Notes: a model not told the origin generated them from the sequence alone. A stretch of 64,000 nt of DNA from Antedon mediterranea (GCF_964355755.1 NC_092678.1:5100422-5164421); one strand, 5' to 3'. Shown: positions 1 through 13,185, counted from the stretch's first letter. Program-made: numbers and translations.

Positions 1-25
1 AATTCCGGTTGAGGGCATTAACAGA

Positions 26-2434
26 ATGAAAACCAAATTTAAATGTAACGTAAATCTCCTTGGAGTTGTGGACATATTTGTGCTTCTTGTAGCGGTGTGT
101 TCAGGTCTCTATTCCAGCTGGTACCACACAAACAGCCTCCTCATCTTTGTTATCATCATATTTGGTGTTCTCATCTTTGCTTTCAGTAGTATATTCTATT
201 ATTATTTCAACCTACAGGACATAAGCGCAAGTTTTAGTCATTTGTGGTTCGGATGTCTTCTAGGAATGATCGCTTTTTTCAACGACAGTAGCTTCGACGA
301 GGACAAACCGACGATGGTGACAAATATATTATTAATAACGAGCCTTGGTGTGAAAATAATTTGGTCGTTTATGCAACGAGCGTGTGGAAGTGCGGTTTAT
401 AAATCTCGAGTACTAACGCAAGCTGAGAAGTTTGAATTTCTTGGATTTGGTGTGGCTTGTGTTCTTAGTTCAGATTACATGACAAGCATGTGGCTATTGG
501 TCATCGCAAACATGTTAATGATAATCATGCTGCGGTTTAAAGTATCATTCGCTATACCGTGCGTTATACTCTTCTACGCAATAAGTACTTTGTTTTTCTT
601 TAAAGCAATACCGGCCAAGTTAAGTCATTGGGCGTTGCTGTGCTTCACTGGTAGACTTTTATGCGACCCTTTCTTCGATTTGTACTACAATGGGTTATCT
701 GCGCTCGAGAGGTGGCAGTGTTTTTCTAGCCTTCCGCGTTATCAACACAGGTTTTTAATTTTGTGCGTTATAGCCTTTGAAATATACTTTTTCCAATCAG
801 CTGGGTACGTTATTGTATCCAATGAGGAGTGGTATCTGTCTATACCTCTGTTCTGTCTGTCTGGTGTAATATGGATGTGTTTACATGTAATATTTGTTCT
901 TACGTTTTGGACTTTTTGTAATAAACTAAGCGAGTGCAATAGTGTGTTGAAAACGAATCAAGAAACGAACACCAATTTATCAACTGTGATGGCGTCCAAA
1001 GGATTGAGGTACTTTGCGCTCGTCTCAAAGTACATCATTTTAAGCGTGTTTTTAAGTACTTTGCTGCTAGGTGCTGCATCGTGGCAAGCGACAAACACGC
1101 ATTTCATGGCTAGTATCCTGACTGTTTTACCGCTGGAGGCAATGTTTCACGGTATATTACAAGAGTTAGGTGGATTGCTCGGTGGCACCTGCACTAGCTA
1201 CGCAGTCATTGGACCATCTGGTTTTTGCAGGTACACTTTATCTTTCTAATGTACATTTAAAATTAATTTTATAATAACTTTAATTTATTTATGTTCTTTG
1301 CCATAGTTAGGATAGGATAGTCAGACGCCACTTTCACTTGAGTTCCTCTGAATTCTGTTCCGGCAGGCTGCTATGTGGGAGCTTCAAAGTACTGGAGATT
1401 GGTGTTTATGGTTCCTCCGCACCATTTCCAATTTGCTTTTGGTTGATATAAAAATTACATGTTTTTCTTCAGAGCTGATCGAATGCCCGTCTTGTTACCA
1501 AGCAATGCCATAGAAGAACAGAGTCGTCGGTCCGTGAACATCTTGAACAGCATTCAGCGGTTTCTCGTCCACCACATGATTGATGTTTTCAGTTGCGACT
1601 TCTCCAGTGGTGGCATTGCCATAGATTCTTTACAGACGAAAATGAAGGGTTTTTTGGCACGAAGGACTAATGACGGGCCACGGTTTGATACCTATCTCAT
1701 TTACTACAGTGGACATGTGCATACAAATGGTGACTGGGCTCTAGCAGGTATGTGTTTTACCTCTCTAATTTATCTGGTTTCTGTAAAATACGTTATCAGA
1801 ACCTTCATAAATTCCTCAATCTGCCAAATTTCATCCTTTTGCCAAAACTGGCGTGCAGTGTTTAACAACTTTAAAAATTGTTTTATTTTTAGATGATGGT
1901 ATTTTGAAATTTGAAACGTTGTTAACATGGTGGCGCGAGGCTGACGCAGAATCCGGATCACGTTTGATCATCGTCTTAGACACGAAACATCATGCTGGGT
2001 GGTTGAAACAAGTTACAAGAAATTCTGAAGATTATATCGCGATTCAAACATGTTCGTTTGGTAAATCTGATCCTGAAACTGGGATCGTAGCGAACATTGG
2101 TGACTTCACGATGGAATGGGTGGCGTTTAACACGACCAAGGATGCGGATGTCACGTGGGGAGAACAAGGTAGCAAAACTAAAGCTGTTTATTGTATTTCT
2201 AAAAACTGGGTTGATTTTAGCTTTCATAAACCGACCGAGGATGATATTGAGGTTTATTGGAATCAAAATTTTCCACGGATAACGCATTCGTTGATTAAAA
2301 TATTGCAAGTTGTAAGTTCTATGGAATGCGATTCTCGTTGTTGGTGTTTAGAATGTTGTCGTAAAATCAAGATGAAATGGCTGCCACCAAAGATCGTGAA
2401 TACTGGTCATGGCTTTAGGCTTGTACGATCTTAA
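26..2434 (+). CDS. TMEM168: Transmembrane protein 168; 3 exons (26-1230, 1473-1747, 1893-2434); frame is open to the window edge so the start may lie upstream
   Basis: Multi-TM ORF with TMEM168-like motifs (SSIFYYYF, HLWFGCLLG, GPRFDTYLIYYSGH..GDWALAG, GSRLIIVLD, C-terminal TGHGFRLVRS); GT-AG junctions join the three ORFs in frame. Confidence 0.93.
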
Positions 2435-2929
2435 TGTTTTATAATAATCAAATAAACAATAGATCATCCATCCATTTTAGTTTCAGGTTAAACTTTAATA
2501 ATAAATACTACATTTTTATGTTTTGCCGATAGAACTTTCTTTATATTTATAAATAATTTAATTTTTCTATATAATTTTTCTATGTACTATTTTTGTTAAT
2601 ATTAAAAAATTTTGTATATACATATTTTGATTTTTGAATCTACTAGGACATACCTATGATGGCATAGGGTTGAGACATGTATACATATTAGATTTCAACA
2701 AGTTTTTAATTAGTACTGTATTACCTTAGGTTACAAGAGGATAGAAACGGCCTAAAGCAACCAAAGAAATAATAATGTGAACAATATGGTTGAAATGATT
2801 TCAAATAACTTTTAAAACGATTGACAAAGTAATTAAAGTATAAGGAGGAGATATACAAGAAAATGTCTTTTTTTTTTAAGTAAACATTTTTTTTTTAAAG
2901 TAAAAGGTCTTATTTAAAAATTTTAATGT

Positions 2930-4305
2930 TTCACAGAAAAAGGTTCATAACCAATGTTATAGACAAATAGGAATCATTCAAGCGTGACATCATCAGTACA
3001 TTTAAAACCATTTAGTTAATGTGTTTATTTTTGGGAATAAACCAAACCAAAATCTGTATTTTTTGGTTATTTATGCAAATCTATGCACAAAGGGGCTTTT
3101 AGTATAAAGTTCTTGCAGAAATTCAAAAAAACTCATGCTATATACAGTAATTATTAAAACTAACTAAAATTTGGGAAAAAATATATTTTGGTACTTCGTC
3201 TTTACTCTTATTTCTTAAGGTAGACTTCCATTTTAAGGCTCAATGTTTACGAAGAAGCAGAAATTACAAAAAAACTCATGCTATATAATTACTAAAACTC
3301 AATAACAAATATTTCACAGAGAAAGGATCATAACAATAGACAAATAGGAATCATTCAAGCGTGACATCATCAGTACATTTAAAACCATTTAGTTAATGTG
3401 TTTATTTTTTGGATTACAACAAAATCAAAATCTGTATTTGTTGGTAATTTATGCAAATCCATGCTTTTAGTATAAAGGTCTTGCAGAAATTTAAAAAAAC
3501 TCATGCTATATACAGTAATTACTAAAACTAACTAAAATTTGGGAGAAAAATATATTTTGGTACTTCGTCTTTACTCTTATTTCTTAAGGTAGACTTCCAT
3601 TTCAAGGCTCAATGTTTACGAAGAAGCAGAAATAAAAAAAAACTCATGCTTTATAATTACTAAAACTAACTAAAATTTGGGAAAAAATATATTTTGGTAC
3701 TTCGTCTTTACTCTTATTTCTTAAGGTAGACTTCCATTTCAAGGCTCAATGTTTACGAAGAAGCAGAAATCATAAAAAAAATTCATGCTTTATAATTACT
3801 AAAACTAACTAAAATTTGGGAAAAAATATATTTTGGTACTTCGTCTTTACTCTTATTTCTTAAGGTAGACTTCCATTTCAAGGCTCAATGTTTACGAAGA
3901 AGCAGAAATCATAAAAAAAATTCATGCTATATAATTACTAAAACTAACTAAAATTTGGAAAAAAAATCTATTTTGGTACTTCGTCTTTACTCTAATTTCT
4001 TAAGGTAGACTTCCATTTCAAGGCTCAATGTTTACGAAGAAGCAGAAATTAAAAAAAACTCATGCTATATAATTACTAAAACTAACTAAAATGTGGAAAA
4101 AAAATCTAATTTGTTACTTCTTCTCTTATTTCTTAAGGTAGACTTCCATTTCAAGGCTCAATGTTTACGAAGAAGCAGAAATGTAAAAAAACTCATGCTA
4201 TATAATTACTAAAACTAAATAACAAAAATTTGAGAAAAAAATCTATTTTGTTACTTCTTCTCTTATTTCTTAATGTAGACTTCCATTTCAAGACTCAATG
4301 TTTAT
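2930..4305. repeat. AT-rich tandem array (~133-140 bp unit, 6 consecutive copies) with an upstream ~370-bp duplication
   Basis: gtagacttccatt recurs at about 3220, 3589, 3726, 3865, 4005, 4138 and 4275; 2930-3300 is duplicated at 3310-3660. Confidence 0.92.
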
Positions 4306-4312
4306 GAGGTAG

Positions 4313-7300
4313 CTACAATAATCTGAATTTCTTTTTCATATTCTTATATTTATCTTTCAGGTCTACATTTGTTCTTCCTGGTTGGAAGGTGTAACTGTAA
4401 AGAATGTTGTTCCAGTTTGGTCCTTTTTTCCTTACGCCATCCAGCAAGTTCTTCACTTCCTCTTCTGTGTATTCTTTCCTTTTTCTTCTCTTACTTGATG
4501 AAGGAAACGTATAACAAAATATCTGAAAGATATAATAAATCTGTAGCTAGTTGTCAAATTACAAATAACTGTTGGATCATCTCCCTTCACTCATCAAATT
4601 TTAAAACCGTACAACATTTTGTTTTACTATTTGCAAAAAATTGAAAGATCAAGGTGTTTCAATTTCAAGATGTGTAAATTTCAACTGGATTTTTAAACTA
4701 TCATTCAAATCTGGGATGTAAAAACTTTTTTTTTACTTGGCCTACTCTGTAGACTTACTAACAATAAATTGAATCACACAAACCTTTTTTGGTTGTTTTT
4801 TCAGGTTGCTTGCTGTTTTTTCTTCCAGGTCCCCAGTACTCTCTGGTGTACTATTTTCATCCCCAGTGTGGACAATAGAAGATGTACTTTTAAATTGTTG
4901 TCCAATTGTGTGATATGGTTTTACAGTACCTGTCTTCTTGTGTAGTGTGTGTTGTTTTTCCCCAAGGTCTGACGTCATCCATTGATCTTCTTTTCTAGCT
5001 GTGTGATGTGGCTCTATGGTACTAGTCTTCTTGTGTAGTGTATGTTGTTTTTCACCAAGGCCTGACGTCATCCATAGATCTTCTTTTCTAGCTGTGTGAT
5101 GTGGCTCTATGGTACTAGTCTCCTTGTGTAGTGTGTGTTGTTTTTCACCAAGGCCTGACATCATCCATTGATCTTCTTTTCTAGCTGTGTGATGTGGCTC
5201 TATGGTACTAGTCTTGTGTAGTGTGTGTTGTTTTTCACCAAGGCCTGACATCATCCGTTGATGTTCTTTTCTAGTTGTGTCATGTGGTTCTATGGTACTA
5301 GTCTCCTTGTGTAGTGTGTGTTGTTTTTCACCAAGGCCTGACGTCATCCATAGATCTTCTTTTCTAGCTGTGTGATGTGGCTCTATGGTACTAGTCTTCT
5401 TGTGTAGTGTATGTTGTTTTTCACCAAGGCCTGACGTCATCCATAGATCTTCTTTTCTAGCTGTGTGATGTGGCTCTATGGTACTAGTCTTCTTGTGTAG
5501 TGTGTGTTGTTTTTCACCAAGGCCTGACATCATCCATTGATGTTCTTTTCTAGCTGTGTGATGTGGCTCTATGGTACTAGTCTTCTTGTGTAGTGTGTTA
5601 TGTATTTCGCCAAGGACTGTCTTCTTGTCTTTCATGCTTTTGACTTGAATTAATTGACTTTCTTTGTGTTTTTTAGGTATGCATTCCATCTCTTCTTCAC
5701 CACACACAGTCTTACATGCGATTTCTTTGCCAATATGTTGTCTATGATCTTCTAACATACCACTATTGCTCTTGTGTTTGTCACATGTGCGATCACACTT
5801 TTGTAAAATCTTCCTGTAGTTAATGCTGTTTAGCAATGGCAGATTAACTGGTGGTACGCAGCCTAAACAATAATTAATAAAACATTTACCAATTATGTTT
5901 CTAAGGTTACTCAACAATACAGTTCTTTATGTGTTTTTTTTTATACTGCAGTAAATATACTGCAGTAAATATACTGCAGTAAATATACAGTCAGCTTTCC
6001 CAATACCGGACACCTTTGGGCTAGTGGGCTACCTAGTTTTCTGCAAAATCTGGCGTTTGAAATGTGTTTTTAACAGTAATAAAAGATTTTGGACCTTGAT
6101 AAAAATCTGGTATTGACCAAGTTCAAATTTTAGTATTTTGGGTTGGATGTTACTCTGAAAATTGCTCTAGCTTTAGCTTATAATACAAGTATAGGTGACT
6201 GTACATACCAGGGCAGTCTTGATACATCCTTGCTATTACTGTGCTGCTTTCAACAATTTCATCTAAACATAATTCAAAAGAAATATCAACAAATTCTTAA
6301 GCTCTGTCTACACTATCAAATATGTGACAAAAAAATGTATTGTGCCCATATATGGACATGGTGATGTCATCACTACCATATTTGGGCATATCACTATCAT
6401 ATTTAGGCACATCACACTTTTCTGTCAAACTAGTTTGATAGTGTAGACAGAGCTTAATAAATAAAGAGCACTGTGATTCATGTGAGCATAAAGCTAATGA
6501 ATTTAAATGTAAAAGAAATTATAGAAATTTAAAGTGTAATTTAACATTGTATAATGTTGATATAAAGTTTGCGGTACACCACGTGTATTAGTTCTGAAAA
6601 GAACTGTTCTCACTCCTGAGGACGATCAAAGTATATTGATCGAAACGTCGAGAAACTCAACAGTTCTTTTCAGAACTAATACATGTGGTGTACAGCAAAC
6701 TTTATATCAACATTTGATTTCGCCATGCAAACCTTCAAACAAAACATTTTATAAGTTCAATAAACAAAGGGTACACAAACCTTTGGCAGGTCTATCATGA
6801 TAAATAGCAAATCTTCTTGATTGTTGTACCTTACAAGATGTATGCACCAACTTCTTTCCCACCAAACGCTTTCCACTATCTTTTACCAACTTCACTTTAT
6901 ACGACCTTTTTGCAGATTTTTTCTTGGTTTTATAAATTTCAGAAGAATTCTTAATAGAACTTGATGTATCTGTAACATACTTTTGTTTATGCTTCTTCTG
7001 GTAGCTTTTTATTACAGAAGGGATGTGTGACAACTCTGAGATGACACTCTCCACATCAGAATCAGTGTAAAAGTCATTACCAGAAAATCTTCTGCCAACT
7101 TGCGATACACTTCTGCCAACATGTAATACACTTCTGTCAACTTGTGATACACTTCTGTCAACTTGTGATACACTTCTGTCAACTTGTGATACACTTCTGT
7201 CAACTTGTGATAAACTTCTGTCAACTTGTGATACACTTCTGTCAACTTGTGATACACTTCTGCCAACTTGTGATACACTTCTGCCAACTTGTGATACACT

Positions 7301-10300
7301 TCTGTCAACTTGTGATACACTTCTGTCAACTTGTGATACACTTCTGCCAACTTGTGATACACTTCTGTCAACTTGTGAAACACTTCTGCCAACTTGTGAT
7401 ACACTTCTGTCGACTTGTGATACACTTCTGTCAACTTGTGATACACTTCTGTCAACTTGTGAAACACTTCTGCCAACTTGTGATACACTTCTGTCAACTT
7501 GTGATACACTTCTGTCAACTTGTGATACACTTCTGCCAACTTGTGATAAACTTCTGTCAACTTGTGAAACACTTCTGTCCACTTGTAATACACTTTTGTC
7601 AACTTGTGATACACTTCTGCCAACTTGTGATACACTTTTGTCAACTTGTGATAGACTTCTGTCAACATATGATGCATGTGTAGAGGTAATTTCACTGTTA
7701 CTTTGACACAAGCTGTTGTTGATATTGTACAGTTTCTTTTTATTTGATGTGTTAACTGGCTTCTTTTTTTCTGGCAATTCTGGTTTTTTAAAGAAATCAT
7801 TTTGCTCTGTTGTACTGATTTTCGTGCTTGCGTACACATGGCTTGAAATTGCGTGCTGTAATGCTAATGTAGAATCACAGATTTCTTGTTTTGTCTTTGC
7901 ATTCTCTTTATTCACATACCTAAGGTTCTTCTTGTTGGTAGGAGTTTGTGTAGCCACGTCACAAGCCTCCACAAATGAATCATCGTCATGCCCGTGACAT
8001 TTTGAAGTGTTCATCGTATCCTTTAACATCCCCATCATTGTCTGTACCATGTTGTGTAAACTTGGTGTAAAAACCTGAAATGCACATAAAAGCAGTAAAC
8101 TGTTATATGATGTCAGCGGTATGACTCCAAATAGGGATGAACTGGAGGATGTGTAAACACTGTGTTAGATTAGGCTGAGTGGTGAAATACTTTAAAGGAT
8201 AGCATAGGATATAACTATTAAACCAACAAACACAACTTACAGACTTACTAAAAATGGCAAAATAAATGATTTGCCTATATCAATATCAAAAGTACGTCAT
8301 CTGAAATTTTACATGCAATTATATTTTTTTGCGAATCAAAATACAAAACCAAAATAGTTTACCGGACTCATCACGTTTTCGTACGGCTGTTTTGTTGTTT
8401 TTTCGACGGCCTGTTTATCATTGAACGTTTCTGGCGTCATCCAAGTGGAATTAGATTTTTGTGAATCTTTATAACATAAAAAAACATAACTATTATTATT
8501 ATGTTATACTAAAGTTTATTGTACAACAACAAAATATAAAAGGAGCCCAGAAAACAGCTAACCACAAGCCTGGCCCCAGCTTTCTCTGTCTACAATATCA
8601 AACTTTATATTATTATTATTATGTGAACAAAAAACGTGATGTGCCCATTATATGAATGATGATATTTGGGCCAATCACACTTATTTTGTCAAACTATTTT
8701 GATAGTGAAGACAGAGCTTTACATATGGTACAGATGGGCTAGTAAAATCTCAGACTAGACTTTGGTTGGCTCACTTACCTAGGCACATGTGTAAGAGATA
8801 AGTAGCAGACTTAGAAAACTCCTCCTCTTGGATGTTTGCCATAAGCTGAACTAATGAAGGTACACCATTATGCTCGATAAATTCTTTTTGGCTTTTCTCT
8901 ACACAAAAAAGAAAGGATACCATTTGGGTTTTTGTATAATGTAATGGAGGTTTCTTAGTGCAAGAAAGGGTTTTATACTAGTGCCACTTAAAGGTCTCTC
9001 TACACTATCAAACTAATTTGAAGTGATGAAAAGTGATATCGTGTCCACATATGGGCACATCTTATCACTTAAAGTTTGTTCATTGAAATGGCCTTGTTAA
9101 AAACACTATATTAAGTAAGCAAGTTTTTCGTTTTCAAATAAAGTTATTATTATAGATAGAAGTAAATAATGAGTAAACAACATTTTACTGCAGTAAATTA
9201 GTTTTGATTTGGTTCAATAATAAATAAATCTCACCACATGATTCTGTGCAGAGTACAAGTGCATTAACAAGTTGTGACTTTGTGCTGGTGTCAACTGAAT
9301 CTAACGACAGTGCGTGTAAAAGCAGGTGGGTGATATGCAAATCAGCTATCAACAGTTTGTTATCCTCTGGAATATGCAAAATACATTTTAAATATATTAA
9401 AAAAACTAGAACATATTGTGCAATTTAAGTGCATAAATGAAAATGACTAATTTTTAGAGGTAGTTATAAATGTGACTAAATCTGTCTTTGATGTGCTCAA
9501 ATATGGTAGTGATATGCTCAAATATGGTAGTGATATGACATCATCATGTCCATATATGGGCACATCATTTTCTTGCCACACAAAGTTTGATATTGTAAAC
9601 AGAGCTTTTACTGATTATTTTCTATTATTATAATAACATGTTCCTCTACTTAACTAATTAACTCTGATAACCGCTTATAAATAACATTAACTCAATAACT
9701 AGATAGAGAATGATGAATTACCATTGTCTTCAATACAGGATACAATAGTACTTGCTATATGTTTCATCATTTGCATAGCGTCTCTGCTAGGATGCACCTC
9801 CAAGAGCTTCACTTGGTTGTGGAACACCTGTAGCAATACGTTCAAACCTCCAATCAATCCAATTCTCTCTTGGTTGTTTTCTATAAATATATAACATTTA
9901 CCATCAATTTAAGACCACTTTTGTCACCTCTAATTAATTGCTAGTTGTATTTATTTTGAGAAACATGTGTAAACAAGTGACATAAAGACCAAATGTAATC
10001 AGGACTCGTAAACAATTTAAACACATTCTTTATTCTGGAGTATATTTTTAAGTTTTGAAGTTTTTTTCTACACTATCAAAACTAGGTTGACAAAAAAACT
10101 GTGATGGGCTCAAATATGGTACAGTAGTTGTATGATATCATCATTTCCATATATGGTCACATCACATTTTGTGTCACATAAAGTTTGATAGTGTAGACAG
10201 AGTTTTAGATAAAAAATACCCAAAAAAATTACCATTGTTAGCAACTGTTAAACTGATGAAAGATAAAATTAGTCTTATGATATCTTGGTCACATGTCTTC

Positions 10301-13185
10301 TCAATGATGGAGAGAGCAGCAGGAAATGCAGACGCACAGATCATCTGGTTGTCAACTATTGATAACAAAAAAAAAACAATGAGTAAAGCAAAAGATAACA
10401 TTCAGAAGAAATCTGAGATTCCATTATTGGAAGAGCTGAAATTTTTATAAAAAGTATGCTAGAAATTAGGTGGTATGTACTGTGAATTGTATTAGTTGTA
10501 TGTTTACCACTTTGTGGGTTATTGACACATCCACAGAGACAACTTGCTATTCCCTTCCACAGTTTTAAACTGCTTTCCTCCTCTTTAATCTCATCTAATA
10601 AATGACTATCTTCCGGTTGTAGAAGTGAGTTTTTAAAGTCATTGCTCCTGAAAAAAAGTTGGAACTTAATTAAATGATTTTCTGTCATTGGGTTAGTTAT
10701 TTACTTGGGTACTTTGGTTATCACAGTGTTAGTGAACTGTGCCATGATACCAACTTGCCCTGATAGCTAAGCCTGAAGACAGATCAGTCTTATTTACCAG
10801 GGGCAGCCACTAACTGTCTCTCAATGAAGACTAACCTGAACATATTGACGAGTACATCCAAACAATGAGATGTTCTGACAAGCATCTGTCCTTCACCTAA
10901 ATCAACATAAAATTAAAGGAATACAAAACATGGACATCTAATGATAATTTAAAGGCTGAAATAGTACTAGTTGTAGGTTATTGAAACAACCATGATATTT
11001 ATTAAAACTGCACTACAGGAAACTGCAGAAGTGGTGAGCAAAGTTGTGCTCTGTTTATACCACTTATATCTGTATCCTTCGCATAGCATATGACAAAATT
11101 TCTACCTAGTTTGAGCCTTGTGGTCGTAGCTCTTTAGAGAAAATTTTGGTTAGGTGCTATACACAAGACAATTTTTATTATTACATGATTTTTCCTACTA
11201 AGTAGCAACAAAACAAACACAATTATATTCAATTAAGTATTTTCACTTATAATTATGTTGCTAGAAGCTGTACAGATTTTACTTACTATTGTTGGTAACC
11301 AAACACAGTATAACAAAAGAAGAAAATATCTTAAGTTGTTTCCTCGATTCCTCGCTTACGAGTTGTGAATAAAGAAAGCGAAACATTGACATGTCGCAAA
11401 GCTGCTTCTTGGACAACACTGCAAAAATAGCCAAATATAAATGCAGATAATGTTAGTGGCGGTAAATATCGCTGTTGGTTGCGATTGAATAAAGTAAAAA
11501 TAAAATAAACATATACCTCTACTTATATAGTTTGATGTTTTGACCCTTTTTGTTTTCGTCGTGTGTTCTGTCTGTGTATGTCTTGTTTGTTTTTGTTGTG
11601 TAACCGAATGTTAGAAATATTAGTAACTTTACTTATGGCTTTTCCAAACAAGTTTCTCTTGGTTTTACCATTTGATTGTACTTTTTGGGACTTTGCCACT
11701 TTTATAACCTAAGGAAATTTATTAGCATTTTTTTATAGACACTTCTTTCTTTTAAATGTTTTAGTCTCATAATTTATTTCTAAAGTGAAAGAAATGTTTG
11801 TTATTGTTATTCTCATTTTGAAAGAAATAAATGTTTGCTTGAATTGAATTCTTTTATAAAAGTTATAAAATTTTACACTGGATACTATGGAACGCCTCCT
11901 CCAATGGCATGATGTTTGGTGTGTACTGCATGACGATTGGTGTGTACTGCATGACGATTGGTGTGTACTGCATGACGATTGGTGTGTACTGCATGACGAT
12001 TGGTGTGTACTGCATGACGATTGGTGTGTACTGCATGACGATTGGTGTGTACTGCATGACGATTGGTGTGTACTGCATGACGATTGGTGTGTACTGCATG
12101 ACGATTGGTGTGTACTGCATGACGATTGGATGAATGAATGAATATGACTGAGTATAATACAGTACTCATGTATTAACCACCTACTAAAAATTCTGTCATA
12201 AGAGTATTTATAAGCTCTGTCTACACTATCAAACTTTATGTGACAAAAAATATGATGTGCCCATATATGGAAACGATGATGTCATAACACTACCATATTT
12301 GGGCACATCACTTTTTTTGTCAAACTGGTTTGATAGTGTGGACAGAGCTTTAAAGTCTTTACATAAAACTATATTTTCCTCCATGACTTTTTAAAGTGAC
12401 ATAATAACATAATAAATATAAATCAGGAAAAGATGAACTTTTCAAAGTTAAAATGTTACAAATGATACAGTTGAATGATTGTTGTTATGGTAACATGCAT
12501 ACTCACTGGAATGTTCTATAGCACATACAAGAGTGTAAATAGCCGCTACCTTTACTTGTTCACTGTCAACTGATGTTAGCAAAGTCCTTACAAAAAGTAA
12601 GCCACCACACTTTCTAAATATTTCCTTAGCTTCATCTGGAATAAAATTAAGTGTGTTTTATTATATCAAAACAACGTCATATGGCCGAGCGGTTAAGGCA
12701 GGGGCGCCGTTTATCGTACCTAAAGAGCCAACAACAACATCGGCAAGGGTTCGAGGCCGACTCGCTCCTAGTTCTGGTGGTGGAACAAGTCTTCTCGGAT
12801 AAGGACTATAAACCGTAGGTCCAGTGTACACAGTTATAACCTGTGTGTACTTTAAAGAACCCAGTTCATTATTCGAAAAAGAGTAGGGGGTTACCCCGGT
12901 GAACTGGTTCACACAATAGCCTCTGTATCAGGGGGATTACCACCTATCTGATAGGACAGTGATTAATTCACTATTGGTAATCCTTGGCCACAGTGCCTAA
13001 AGACATAAAATAAAATAAATACAATAAAAACGTAAATTTGAAATACATGTAGGCCTATCTATATCTGAATATATACCTGAATGTAGAAGAATTGTAGCAA
13101 GACCTGACAAAGCAGTTTTTTGAGAATCTGGGCAGTTCATATGAAATTTCAATGACTCTAATAAGAGACTTAGCTCCATTTTCAT
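4313..13185 (-). CDS. TERB1: Telomere repeats-binding bouquet formation protein 1 (CCDC79); about 14 coding exons; N-terminal ARM repeats, C-terminal Myb domain
   Basis: Exons read MKMELSLLLESLKFHMN, EIFRKCGGLLFVRTL, LWKGIASCLCGCVNNPQ, IIRLILSFISLTVANN, LCTESC, CLGC..LNSINYRKILQKCDRTCDKH and terminal Myb RKEYTEEEVKNLLDGVRKKGPNWNNILYSYTFQPGRTNVDLKDKYKN (4313-4522), colinear with vertebrate TERB1 as recalled. Confidence 0.92.
4900..5620 (-). repeat. Coding 93-bp tandem repeat (31 aa, ~7.5 copies) in TERB1
   Basis: Unit HTLHKKTSTIEPHHTARKEDLWMTSGLGEKQ in ORF 4742-5917. Confidence 0.95.
6300..6454. mobile_element. MITE family A (PIF/Harbinger-like), full copy
   Basis: TIRs AGCTCTGTCTACACTATCAAA / TTTGATAGTGTAGACAGAGCT, TTA/TAA flanks; more than 10 full or partial copies in the window. 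Confidence 0.85.
6553..6714 (+). ncRNA. Minimal type I hammerhead ribozyme motif (Penelope-like pLTR remnant) inside a 56-bp inverted repeat
   Basis: CTGAGGA(6616)-C-GATCAA/AGTATA/TTGATC-GAAA-CGTC; flanking arms 6553-6608 and 6659-6714 are near-perfect reverse complements. Confidence 0.75.
7090..7665 (-). repeat. Coding 21-bp tandem repeat (heptad D/G-R-S-V-S-Q-V, ~27 copies) in TERB1
   Basis: Unit cttctgtcaacttgtgataca; lies in-frame in the large exon ~6781-8074. Confidence 0.95.
8581..8718. mobile_element. MITE family A copy (diverged)
   Basis: ctctgtctacaatatcaaac ... tttgatagtgaagacagagct with the family's internal gtgcccat/atttgggc motifs. Confidence 0.75.
10067..10204. mobile_element. 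MITE family A copy
   Basis: tctacactatcaaa ... tttgatagtgtagacagag. Confidence 0.75.
11916..12129. repeat. Intronic 21-bp minisatellite, ~10 perfect copies
   Basis: Unit ttggtgtgtactgcatgacga. Confidence 0.97.
12213..12349. mobile_element. MITE family A full copy
   Basis: AGCTCTGTCTACACTATCAAAC ... GTTTGATAGTGTGGACAGAGCT. Confidence 0.85.
12676..12996 (+). mobile_element. tRNA-derived SINE with Deu/Nin central domain
   Basis: A box tggccgagcgg, B box ggttcgaggcc, then ggataaggactataaaccgtaggtcc...taaagaaccc...gagtaggggg..accccggtg, matching the recalled DeuSINE core; related copies at 27920 and 57851. Confidence 0.8.

Noticed and set aside
1305-1432. Possible minus-strand LINE 3' end with a (ctatc)n tail in TMEM168 intron 1
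   Set aside because: Too short and without a second copy in the window to support a call.
7012-7839. Alternative-frame ORFs (EVYHKLT coiled-coil-like; LVIHFCQ)
   Set aside because: By-products of a stop-free 21-bp repeat; only the SVSQV frame extends across the whole exon and joins the flanking TERB1 exons.
11863-12169. Four overlapping repetitive ORFs
   Set aside because: Translation artefacts of an intronic minisatellite.
12676-12770. tRNA gene
   Set aside because: A and B boxes are present, but there is no proper cloverleaf and the sequence runs into a Deu domain, so it is a SINE head.
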